From: Pelagomonas calceolata
Lineage: Eukaryota
Length of the DNA: 64,000 bases
Assembly: GCA_918797485.1 (NCBI GenBank)
Contig: CAKKNE010000004.1
Location: 3,720,001 to 3,784,000, forward strand
Direction: 5' to 3'
Each line of letters starts with the position of its first letter. The first letter of the stretch is position 1. The notes beneath the pieces were generated by a model. It did no database searches. It was not told the origin of the DNA and worked only from the letters and a program-made list of their open reading frames with translations. Both the position numbers and the translations under genes were made by a program. This document shows, piece after piece, positions 10,381 through 20,000 of this stretch.

Positions 10381-13300
10381 TTACCCGTTCATATCGCTGT
10401 GCGGCCGCTTCTGGTAGGGCACGCGCCCGTCGCGTCCAAGGTTGCGCACGTCCTTGCGCGCGATTTCCCAGCCCGCCGCCGCGCGCTCGTCGCCCCAGTC
10501 GACCGCGGGCCCCACGAGCGCCGCGGGGTCGAACGGCGCCATCGGGTCGGGGTCGATGTTCGGGCCCGGTCCGTACTCGTAGACGCGCCTTCTGCCGTCC
10601 GCCGTGTCCGGAAGCGTCCTGAGGGGGCGTTTAACGTTCATCGGCGCGAACTTGGTCCCATCCCCGCGACTTGGCAAGTTGATGTCGCGGCGGTCGTCCG
10701 ACACCGCGTCAAACTTCTTCATCTCCTCGACGCCGAAGCTTCGGCCGGCCCGCGGCGGCGGCGCGCCCCAGGCCTTGCCCTCCGACCGCCGGACCGTGGC
10801 GCTGCCCGCGTCCGTCTCGACGCGGCGTTGCTTCGCCGGCGGCGCCTCGGGCCGGCCGCGGACCGCGGGGTCGGTCGAGTCGGGCACCCGCTCGTTGCGC
10901 GATGGCGGCCGATCCGGAACGCCGCGGGGCGACGGCGCCCGCGGCGCGGCGGGCGGCGCCGGAGCCGGCGGTGGTGCCGCAGGAGCCGCGACCCAGGAGC
11001 TCCGCGTGGGGCCGCGCTCCTCCACCGTCGGTGCCGTCGGCGCGGGCGGCGCCGGCGGTGGCGCCGTCGCCTCCGTCGGCTCCGCGACGCGGACGTCGCC
11101 CCGCTCCGTCGCGAGGTCGGACGGCGTCAGTGAAGCGGGCGCGTCGCCCTTGGTCATCCAGGAAGGCAGCGTGCTGCCGCGGCCGCGGCCGCCGGGACCA
11201 GGCGACGCCCGATCCGGCGCTTGCGGTGCGGCCGGCGCCGCCACAGGCATCTCCTTAAGCACGGCGCGCCGCGCGTTGAAGCCGCCGCTCGGCGTCGAGG
11301 ACGGCGGCGGCGCGGGCTTGAAACCACCCCGAGGCGGCGGCGGCGGCGCTGCCCAGCCCGCTGCCCCGAGGCTCGACGGCGGCGAGGCAGCCCGCGGTGG
11401 TGCCGGCGTGAAGCCGCCCTGCGGCGGTGGCGGCGCTGCGGCCCAGCCCGTCGGCGTCTGCGCCGGACCGCCGCTGCTCGACGGCGAGGCCGCCCGCGGC
11501 GGTGCGGGCGTGAAGCCGCCCTGGGGCGGCGGCGCGGCCCAGCCCGTCGCCGCCGGCGCCGGAGGCGAGCCCCAGCCTCCCGTCGGCGACTGTGCCGGGG
11601 GCGAGCCCCAGCCCCCCGTCGTCGGTCCTGGAGGTGAGCCCCAACCCGGCGCCGTCGCCGCGCCCGCGGCCGGGTTCCACGGCGGTGCGATTGGGAAGGA
11701 CTGAGGCGACGCGATGGGCTGCAGCACGCCGCCGTTCGCGGGCGCGATGGCCCGGGGACTCACTGGGAAGCCGCCGGCCAATTTGCTTTCTATTTCGCTC
11801 GCGGCCGCGGCCACAGCCTCGTCGGTCGGGCCGGTGATCGTGATCGTCCGCTGCGACGGGTCGCCCGCGTCCGCCTCGCTGGGGATCTTGACGAGCACAC
11901 CAAACCCCTCCTGGATGCCCTTGTGCGTCTGGCCGCCCTTCCCAATAATCAGGCCGACCTTCGAATTATCGACAACCACCGTCTTGCTGCAGGCGCGGCC
12001 GAGGCCGTGCGGGTTCCAGGGCGGCGCGACCTTCATCGGCGGCGCGGCGCCCGTGCGCGCGACGGGCAGCTTCTCCGCTGCCTCATTCAATATAAATTCG
12101 ATGTCGCGCGCGGCCGCGCCCACGGCCTCTTCACTCGGACCGCGGATGGTGATCGTGCGCACGGGCTTCGTCGGGTCGGGCCTTTTCGGGTCGAACGGGT
12201 CCGGCGCGTTCGGAATGCTGACGTGCGCGCCGGAGCGATCCTGGATGCCCTTGTGCGTGGCGCCGCCCTTGCCGATGAGGAACTTGACCTTGTTGTTGTC
12301 CACAACTATCATCCGCTTGGCGAGGGGGGCGCTCGCGACGAAGCCAGCGGGGGACGGCTGGCCGGGCGCGCCCCAGCCGCCGGCCGCCACCTGGCTCCCT
12401 GCGACCACCCTGCGGGCTTCGTCGAAGGTCAGGGGCGGCTGCGCGGCCCAGCCGCCCGCCGCCGCCGCGTGCGGCGACCCGCTCGTCGCGACGGTCAGGG
12501 GCGGTTGCGCGGCCCAGCCGCCCGCCGCCGCCGTTGGGCTCGTCGCGACCGTGAGGGGCGGCTGCGCGGCCCAGCCGCCCGCCGCCGGCCCGGGCGGGCA
12601 CGGCGCGACCGGCTCCCAGCCCGGCTTGCCGTCTCTACATAACAGGGCCAGCCGCGTGCGCTCGGCCTCGGAGACGTGCGACCAGTTCCGCCCGTAGGCC
12701 TCGCGCACGCGGCGGTAGGCGCCCATGAAATCACCCGTCGGGGCCTCGGCCGACGCCTTCCGGGCCTTCTTCGCGATGCGGCCCGGCCGCGCCGGCTCGG
12801 GCGCGGGCTCTTTGGGCGCCTCGGACGCGGCCTCGAGCGCCTCGGCGACGTGGCGGTGCAGCGCCTCGGACGTCGCCGACGAGACGCCGCCCTTGAAGCG
12901 CGGGCCGCCCGCGGGCGGCGCCGGCGGCTCCTCCCCGGCCTCCTCCTCGGCTTCGTCGTTCTCGTCGTCGTAGAGGTCGTCGCCCTCGTCCGACGGCGGG
13001 CTCGCCGGCGGCGGCGCGGGCGGCGCCTCGTCGTCGTCGGAGTCGTCCTCGGACTCGACGACCGTCCGCCGCTTCCTGGCCTTGGGCTTCGGCCGCTGCG
13101 CCGCCGCGCCCAGCCTCCGCGCTAGCTCTTCGTCGCCCGACGTGTCCGGGGGCGCCTTCTTCTTTTTCTTCTTGGGCGGCGCCGCGGCGGCCGGCGGCGC
13201 GGCCGGCGGCGCCGGCGCGCGCTGAGTGAACTTCTCGTCGAAGTCGTCCTCGTCGGAGGACTGTTGGGCCAGAGGCGCCGGCGCCGGCGCGGGCGGCTTC

Positions 13301-14226
13301 TTCTTCGGCTTGGCCGCGGGCTTGGCGGCCGGCGCCTTGGGCCGCGCGTCGCGCGCGGCCGCGAAGCGCCGCGCTAGCGCCTCGTCGCCGGACGTGTCGG
13401 GCCGCGGGCTGCTCGGCGTCGCCACGGCGGCATCACCGCCGGCCAAGAACTCGGGGTAGGCCGCGCGCGCCACCTCGAGCGGGGACCGCAGCTTCCTGCC
13501 GCCGCCGGGCGGGACGTAGTACTTGTCGACATGTCCAGGCTTGCCCGCCCGCGGTTTCTCCTCCTTGGTCCACCCGTCGGCGGCCATGCGCGCCTCGAGG
13601 GCCGCCTTGTCGAGCTTGACGGCGCCGCGGCGCTTCGGCGGCGCCTTGGGCGCGGCCTTGCCGCGCTTCTTCGGCGGCGGCTCCGGGGCCTCGGGCTCCT
13701 CCTCGGGCTCCTGCTTCTTCGGCGCGGGCTTCTTCTTCGCGGGCTTGGCGGCCGGCGCCTTGCGCTTCTTCGACGGCGCGGACGCCTTGTCGAGCCCGAG
13801 AAGCTTCTCGTACTTCGTCCGTCGGCTCCGCTCCGAGCCCATCGCGATGGCGAGAGCGCCAGAAGAGTCCACCTTCTCGGCCAGTAAAGCCAGCGCGGAC
13901 TCATGCGCGGCGTCCCAGTTCTTCGCCTTGATCTCCCACTCCGACGACTTCGCGACGCGCGCATAACCACCTTCGAAGGCGAGCAGCCGGTCGTCCGGCA
14001 CACTGTCTTGCGAGGGGTGATCCAGGTAGTCGCATTCATAACTACGGACGCCGTCGACTTGTGCCGGCGGCCAGGCCACGCTGTTGCCATCCGTGTCAAC
14101 GTCTCTTACTATTGCGGGCCAGGGCTTCTCCAAGGCTTCGCCGCCGAGGCCGAGGACCCAGACGAGGTCGCCTACTGCCGGGCTTGGCGCGGCCGTCGGC
14201 GCTGGTGCGGACTTGCGTTTCGGCAT
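10381..14226 (-). CDS. PWWP-like + MBD-like + two KH domain protein
   Basis: PWWP-like: VGDLVWV...KPWPAIV. MBD-like: GWTKEEKPR...DKYYVPPGGGRKLRSPLEV. KH GxxG loops: LIGKGG and IIGKGG. Also contains DEALARRF/DEELARRL motifs. Confidence 0.8.
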   Translation of the reverse strand: MPKRKSAPAPTAAPSPAVGDLVWVLGLGGEALEKPWPAIVRDVDTDGNSVAWPPAQVDGVRSYECDYLDHPSQDSVPDDRLLAFEGGYARVAKSSEWEIKAKNWDAAHESALALLAEKVDSSGALAIAMGSERSRRTKYEKLLGLDKASAPSKKRKAPAAKPAKKKPAPKKQEPEEEPEAPEPPPKKRGKAAPKAPPKRRGAVKLDKAALEARMAADGWTKEEKPRAGKPGHVDKYYVPPGGGRKLRSPLEVARAAYPEFLAGGDAAVATPSSPRPDTSGDEALARRFAAARDARPKAPAAKPAAKPKKKPPAPAPAPLAQQSSDEDDFDEKFTQRAPAPPAAPPAAAAPPKKKKKKAPPDTSGDEELARRLGAAAQRPKPKARKRRTVVESEDDSDDDEAPPAPPPASPPSDEGDDLYDDENDEAEEEAGEEPPAPPAGGPRFKGGVSSATSEALHRHVAEALEAASEAPKEPAPEPARPGRIAKKARKASAEAPTGDFMGAYRRVREAYGRNWSHVSEAERTRLALLCRDGKPGWEPVAPCPPGPAAGGWAAQPPLTVATSPTAAAGGWAAQPPLTVATSGSPHAAAAGGWAAQPPLTFDEARRVVAGSQVAAGGWGAPGQPSPAGFVASAPLAKRMIVVDNNKVKFLIGKGGATHKGIQDRSGAHVSIPNAPDPFDPKRPDPTKPVRTITIRGPSEEAVGAAARDIEFILNEAAEKLPVARTGAAPPMKVAPPWNPHGLGRACSKTVVVDNSKVGLIIGKGGQTHKGIQEGFGVLVKIPSEADAGDPSQRTITITGPTDEAVAAAASEIESKLAGGFPVSPRAIAPANGGVLQPIASPQSFPIAPPWNPAAGAATAPGWGSPPGPTTGGWGSPPAQSPTGGWGSPPAPAATGWAAPPPQGGFTPAPPRAASPSSSGGPAQTPTGWAAAPPPPQGGFTPAPPRAASPPSSLGAAGWAAPPPPPRGGFKPAPPPSSTPSGGFNARRAVLKEMPVAAPAAPQAPDRASPGPGGRGRGSTLPSWMTKGDAPASLTPSDLATERGDVRVAEPTEATAPPPAPPAPTAPTVEERGPTRSSWVAAPAAPPPAPAPPAAPRAPSPRGVPDRPPSRNERVPDSTDPAVRGRPEAPPAKQRRVETDAGSATVRRSEGKAWGAPPPRAGRSFGVEEMKKFDAVSDDRRDINLPSRGDGTKFAPMNVKRPLRTLPDTADGRRRVYEYGPGPNIDPDPMAPFDPAALVGPAVDWGDERAAAGWEIARKDVRNLGRDGRVPYQKRPHSDMNG

Positions 14227-14485
14227 TTCTTCTTGCTGTCCACGATTTGTGCTGTCGCGAGAGCGATCCGCAGGCTGGCAGTTTTTTGAATTAGTTGCGC
14301 TCACGCTTCGCGCTGTCCACGGAGAGCGATCGCAGGCTGGCGGATTTGGGTGCCTAGCGGTGGCAACCAGCGGTTTCGGCGGTTGTAGCTCGCAGCGCTG
14401 GTCGCTTGGGCCTGCTGGCTGCTGCTGGCGCTGTGAGAGGCTTGCTGGCGCGCCGGGCAGACAGACGATCCGGAAAAATATAGTC

Positions 14486-14507
14486 CTAGCGTGATGAGAG
14501 CCACTAG
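14486..14507. promoter_or_regulatory. CTAG-pair upstream motif
   Basis: ctagcgtgatgagagccactag, 260 bp upstream of ATG 14226. Confidence 0.45.
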
Positions 14508-14591
14508 CGAGACTCGCGCGCGTCTTCTCGCCCTAAGTATCAGGGGAACATCATCTTAGAACGACAACAGGAGGGGGAAAGGACAAGAGAG

Positions 14592-15590
14592 TCACCCGAA
14601 GCGCGCGACCCGGCGGCGGCGGACCTCGTCCGCGTCCCGGTTGGCCGGCGGGATGGGCTGGTCTTCGGCGGGCGGCGGCGCGGGGCGTCTCGGCGCGCCG
14701 GCGGTGCCCCGCCCGTCCGTGAAGCGGTTGCGCGCAGGCGCCGGCGCCTTGAAGGTATTGATGAGCGCGTGCAAGAGCGGTAGCTGGAGCCAGCACATGC
14801 CGGCGAGAGCCCCGCATGCATGGCCGACCAAGGACGAGCGCGGCGACAGGTAGCCACTCACGAGTATTTCCAGCCAGTGCGCGTGGCGCGACGCGACGCG
14901 GACGCCCCATACGCTCGACGTGGCGTCCGAGCCGGCCGCGTGGTCGCCGTAGTTCAACACGACCTTCATCGCGAATAGGACGCCGGAGAAGCCTACGGCA
15001 CAACCACAGTCGTAGCCAAAAGCCCGTGCCAGGAAGGGGGCGACCACGAGCTGAATGCCTGACGACGCGACGATCGAGAACGCCACGAACACAGCCAAAG
15101 CTTCCGACCCGAGCCGGTCCTCGAGCAAGACGCCCTTCACCAACAAGGAGCCCATGTTCCAGTACAAGTGCATGTCGTCGGCGTGCGTGAAGACGGACCC
15201 AAAGGTCCGCACCGCGACCTCGACCAAGTCCCGCGCGCACCACGCGGCCCAGAACGCGCCGGTTGAAAAGCACACCTGTCCTAATGAGAACGGCATGGCG
15301 ATTGCGGGGTAGACGTGGGCGGCTATGTTGTAGGCCGCGAGGGCGAACGTGACCTGCGCGCGTCGACGGCGTTGCGACCCGTTGCTCTCGAGAGTACCTC
15401 TAGCCCACCAGCACGCCATCGCCGCGGAAAGATCCTGGACACTGCTTTTGACCGGCGGCTTCACGGGTGAGTCTTGGTACGCCTGCCAGACCTTCATGCA
15501 GAGCATGATGACCATGGGGCTGATGTTGGCGCCCTGGTCGTTGCGGCCTCGGCGGCGATGATGATAGTGTGGGCGCGGCGCGTGAAACAT
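14592..15590 (-). CDS. Rhomboid protease, RHBDD1/RHBDL4-like, 2 exons
   Basis: HADDMHLYWNM, AVGFSGVLF (catalytic Ser), GHACG (catalytic His), and C-terminal EVRRRRVARF p97-binding-like motif. In-frame intron 15354-15452. Confidence 0.9.
   Translation of the reverse strand: MFHAPRPHYHHRRRGRNDQGANISPMVIMLCMKVWQAYQDSPVKPPVKSSVQDLSAAMACWWARGTLESNGSQRRRRAQVTFALAAYNIAAHVYPAIAMPFSLGQVCFSTGAFWAAWCARDLVEVAVRTFGSVFTHADDMHLYWNMGSLLVKGVLLEDRLGSEALAVFVAFSIVASSGIQLVVAPFLARAFGYDCGCAVGFSGVLFAMKVVLNYGDHAAGSDATSSVWGVRVASRHAHWLEILVSGYLSPRSSLVGHACGALAGMCWLQLPLLHALINTFKAPAPARNRFTDGRGTAGAPRRPAPPPAEDQPIPPANRDADEVRRRRVARFG
15354..15452 (-). mobile_element. Introner-type intron (99 nt, in frame, stop-free)
   Basis: GTCAAAAG then cagtgtcc..., internal cgatggcgtg and cgccgtcgacgcg, ending gcgcgcag|GTCACG. 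Removal restores the rhomboid KPPVT motif. Confidence 0.75.
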
Positions 15591-15979
15591 TGTCTTTCTT
15601 GTCTGCAGTGGCCTTACGAGTGCTAACTGCGAGCTTCGCGCGCGCGTCGACGACGCGTAAGGGCGTCGCTGCTGAGTTGTGCTCGGTGAGCCTCCTGGTG
15701 GCCTAGCGGCGTATGCGATGTACGATGCGGCAAATGGCTAGCGCGCGCGCAGTCGTGGAGAGTCTACCGGTCTGAGTGCCCTGTCGACCTCAAAATAAGC
15801 GTATAGGTGGCAGGCGCTTTGCAATGCCCTGGACACTTGGAGCTCAAAATCTGCTTCTATCGTGCGGGGCGCGTCGACGCGTCTAACGGATAGGAACCAG
15901 TTCCCAGGACACCGCAACAGAATAATCTGGACAAAGGAGTGACATGCGTATGGATAAACGACATTTACCCCAAGCTAAG

Positions 15980-16699
15980 TCACGCCTCCGCCTCAGGCTT
16001 CGGCTTCTTGAAGAAGCTCGCGATGGACGGCTGGTTCGCCGGCGCCGCGGGGCCCTTCTTCGGGCCCGCCTCCTTCGGCTTGTAGTCGACCTTGGGGAAC
16101 TCGACCCGCAGGAACGCGAAGTCCGGCCGGTCGCGGACGGCCTGCGCGACGTGGTCCGCCCGCAGCGTTCTGGTGGAAGCGACGGCGTGCGTCGCCACGG
16201 CCAGGTTCTGCACGAAGATCTCGGCGGCCTTGGCCATGACCACCGTAGCCTCCTTGGCCATCGATCTCACTTCGGGGTCGGCCCGGCAGATCTTTTTGAC
16301 GCGCGCGACGGGGATGATCGTCTCGTGGGGCTCGGCGTCCTTCTTCGCCGGCTTGGGCACGTCGCCCCCTCGCTCCTTCTTCTCGGCGTCGTATCTCCTC
16401 TTGTCGGCGGCGGCCATCTCATTATACCTAGCTTTGGCGTCGCCATCTAACGCCTTCCACCGCTGCCCTAAAATTTTGGTGATCTCGCCTGCTTTGCCCG
16501 TGATCTCGGGGTTCTCCGCTTTCACGGCCTCGCGCTGCTCGGCGCAGAAGTGGAGGAACGCGCTCACGTTCTTCTTGATGGGCTTGGGGTATTGTTTTGG
16601 TGCGTCGTCGCCGGGCGCGGCGCGCTTGACGCCCTCCTCCTTGATTTCTGGTGGCGGCGGCGGCGCTTCGGCGGGCGTGTCCGCCATGGTGGCTGCCAT
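15980..16699 (-). CDS. HMG-box plus histone-fold (NF-YC/CHRAC1/DPB3-like) protein
   Basis: HMG: PIKKNVSAFLHFC...GQRWKAL...DKRRY. Histone fold: IPVARVKKICRADPEV...AAEIFV...FAFL. Confidence 0.88.
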   Translation of the reverse strand: MAATMADTPAEAPPPPPEIKEEGVKRAAPGDDAPKQYPKPIKKNVSAFLHFCAEQREAVKAENPEITGKAGEITKILGQRWKALDGDAKARYNEMAAADKRRYDAEKKERGGDVPKPAKKDAEPHETIIPVARVKKICRADPEVRSMAKEATVVMAKAAEIFVQNLAVATHAVASTRTLRADHVAQAVRDRPDFAFLRVEFPKVDYKPKEAGPKKGPAAPANQPSIASFFKKPKPEAEA

Positions 16700-16900
16700 G
16701 CGTGCGAAATTGAGCGGGGGGAGCGCGTTTTCTTGCGCTGCTGCGCGCCGCCTCTCTCAAGCAAGGCCGCAGAATTGGCCGCGTTTCTTGCCTCGCAGCT
16801 GTTGGCGCAGCAGTCACGCAGTAAATTTAGACACAAAATAGGCCTTCTTTCCAATCTTGGGCTGGCTGCGGGCGCTTTTTAGTCCCGCCGGTGTTTGAAG

Positions 16901-16922
16901 CTAGCGGCATGTAAGACACTAG
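16901..16922. promoter_or_regulatory. CTAG-pair upstream motif
   Basis: ctagcggcatgtaagacactag, about 200 bp upstream of ATG 16699. Confidence 0.55.
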
Positions 16923-16967
16923 GCAAATTCGATGGGTCCGGAAGGCGGGTTTAAGGGGCTCCGCTTA

Positions 16968-16990
16968 CTAGTCCTAGCACCGTAACATGA
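16968..16990 (-). repeat. 3'-flank motif TCATGTTACGGTGCTAGGACTAG
   Basis: Identical 23-mer at 27533-27555; 20-mer at 52108-52127. Confidence 0.7.
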
Positions 16991-17015
16991 TTCACAGACG
17001 GCTTTAAGTACGTCC

Positions 17016-20000
17016 TTACTCGCCGATACTGCTCGTCCGCCCGCTACCGCTCGACGTCGTCGACGCACCGTCCTCGACATAGGGCTTGTACGGCGCGTCG
17101 GGCTTGTGCCACAGGCTGTCGCCCGTCTCCATGTTGAAATAGTACATGCGCTGGTAGGTCTCGTCGTAGCCCTCCCGCCAGATGACCTTCGCCTTCTTGG
17201 CGGGCGCCGGCGCCGGCGCGGCCGCGCGGGGCGACCGCGGCGACCCGAAGGCGGCGTCGTGGCGCGCGGCGGACGTAGCCGACGTCGCGCGCGAGGGGAC
17301 GGCCGGCGAGGCCGCCGGCGCCTCCGCCACCGCGGCCGGGGCGTCGAACGCGCTCGCGGCCTGGGGCGCCGCCGCCGCGCCGAAGGCGTCGGCGAGGTCT
17401 CCGGACGCTTTCGGCGACGGCGCGGCCCCGAACGCGTCGTCGAGCTGGTGCGCCTTGGCGTCCTTGAACCCGTCGCTCGTCGCGATGCGGTCGAGGAGGT
17501 ACGCTTTCTTGGGCGTGGGCTCGGCCGGCGCCGCCCCGAACGCGCCGTCGAGCTCGGCACTCGCCTGGGGCGCCGACGCCGCCCCAAAGGCATCGGCCAG
17601 GTCGCCCGACGCCTTCGGCGACGGCGCCGGCTCGGCGGATGCCTTCGGCGACGGCGCCGCGCCGAAGGCGGCGGCGAGGTTCTCCGATGACTCCGAGAAG
17701 GCCGCGTCGACGTCCTGGCGCGACGCCGCGAGCGCGCGCTCTAACTGTTCCTGTTCCTCCGCCGCCGACGTCGGCGCGGCGTCCTCAAACAACGCGTCCG
17801 CGCCCCCCGCGTCCGGCATGGCGCTGGTCAGAAAGTCCGCGGCGTCCGGCGTCGGCAGCGCCGCCTCGCGCGCCGAGAGCGTCGTGCCCGGCGACGCGTT
17901 GTCCGTCGACGGCGTGCCATTCACGTCGTCCGCGGCGGCCTGGGGCGCCCCGAACGCGCTGTCGAGCTCAGTCGACGCCTTGGGCGACGGCGCGGCACTC
18001 GCCTGGGGCGCCGCCGCCGCGCCGAACGCGTCGGCGAGGTCAGCCGCGGCCGGCGCCGGCGCCTCGTCCGCCGCCGACAGTTCAGAAGGAGACGCCGGCG
18101 CCGCGGCCTCATCTTCGACAGGCTTGGACGCTGACTCGCCCGCATCAAATGAACGGCGCATCTGCGCATGTATGACACCCTCGTCGACGGGCTGGGCCTC
18201 CTGCAGGTCCTTGGCCGTGGACGCCCAGGTTTGTAAAGGCGAAGCTCGGACCGTCGACGGCGTCTTGGGCGCCGCTTTGGGCGTCAAGCCGGAGGCTCCC
18301 AGATCCAGGCCCGCTTCTGGCATTTCATCCACCCCAATTTTCGTGAGTTCCGAGTCCAGTTGTTTGGCGAAAGCAGCCAAGGGATGGGCCGCGATGGGCG
18401 ACGCGGGGTTCCCCTCTACAAAAGCTGGTTCCTCCTTGACCGAGGATGGTGGTGAGGGCGTCGGCGGGTTCGTCGAGGGCGGCGTCGGCTTCTCGACGCG
18501 CTTCGGCGCGTGAACTCCGACCAGTGCTCTAAGTTTGTCGGCGACTTGCGTGGCGCGCTGCCACGCCGCGGCTGCGGCGCGGAGGCGGTCGGGCGCGGCG
18601 ACGCATTGTATTAAGACAGATTCAGGTGGCGGCGTCACATGTAGAACACCAAGATCATCTAAGGTGCCCACAAATGCTGCGGCTCTCGGCCTTAATTTCT
18701 CATCCGCGTACAACCTTTCTACAACATCGATGGCTTTTTTCCCCGTCTGCGTCTGCCCCTCCAGCTCCTCCATCCACTTCTCGAAGTTGTTCTCCGTTTG
18801 CGGGGAGGCCGGGACATTTCCCTGGGAGTCCGTGGACGGCGCCCTCGCTTCTCGCACCTCGACGGGCACGGCGGGCGGTTCGGGAATCGGGGGCCACTGG
18901 CGGAACCCCGTTCTCGTGGAAGACAACGGCGTCTTCTTCGGCTGCGGGAGGGGCTTATCCACCGGCTTCGGCTGGCCGAAGATCGTTTCTACCTTCTCCT
19001 TATACGGGACCTTGCTTCTCCGGTCCTGCGGCCGATGGTCCTCACTCAACCTCCTCATCTTCTTAAGCTGTTCAGAGGAAGATCTTCGCACTTTCGAGCG
19101 GACGGGCCGCGGCTTCTCTCGCGCCTGCCTTAATGTTTTCGCGCCCTCCCGCGATCGGTGGAGGTCCGACGCGCGCTGCGCCCTTAGCTTCTGGCGCCGC
19201 TCTTCCATTACGTCAGGATCGTCCTCTTCTATTGAACGTTGCCTATGAGTCGCGTCCAGCCGCTTCATCTCGCGCGCGTGCTCCTTCTTGACGATCGTCG
19301 GGTGCGCCCGCCCTCTGGGTAAAGGCGCGCCGTCGACGTGTGTTAATTGTGGTAATAACCCAATAACCAAAGCGCGAGAACTGCCAGTCGTTTCGACGGG
19401 GCAGCCCTGGAGTCGTAACGAGCGCAGCAAGGCACATCCCGCGAGGGGCCTCAACCCTTTGCAGGCCCGGACGCGGTTGCCCGCCAAATCCAGGTCCTCC
19501 AGGTTTGAGAGGTGCTCGAGGCCGTCGCACGCACCAATACGGTTGTGGGACAAGAGCAGGATTTTGAGTGAGCTACAGTCCTTGAAGCAGCCTTTCACCG
19601 ACGAGGCGAGGTTCCGCGACGCGTCGACTCGTAGTAGCGACGACGGTAAGGACGAGCCATCGTCCAACGCGAGCTTCCTTAGCAAATTGTACGACACATC
19701 TAACGACTCCAACTGTTCAAGTTGTCCGAAGGCCTCCGCCGGTAAAGCTCGCAGGCGGTTCCGCGAGACGTTCAAGGCTATTAATGTTTGGTAGGCATAG
19801 GCACTCACAGAGGAGGGCAGGTCCAGTTGGAGCAAGCGTCTCGAGCTCAGATCCAACGCGTCGTTCTCTACGACTGGAGGCGCGTCGGACGCGTCCTCGT
19901 CCTCATCGTTATCGTCGGCAGCGGCCTCCTGGTTTTCTTGGAATTTGCCCGGCGTCTCGTGGGCGTGCGCCTCCGCCGCCTCGACGAGCGCGCTCACGTG

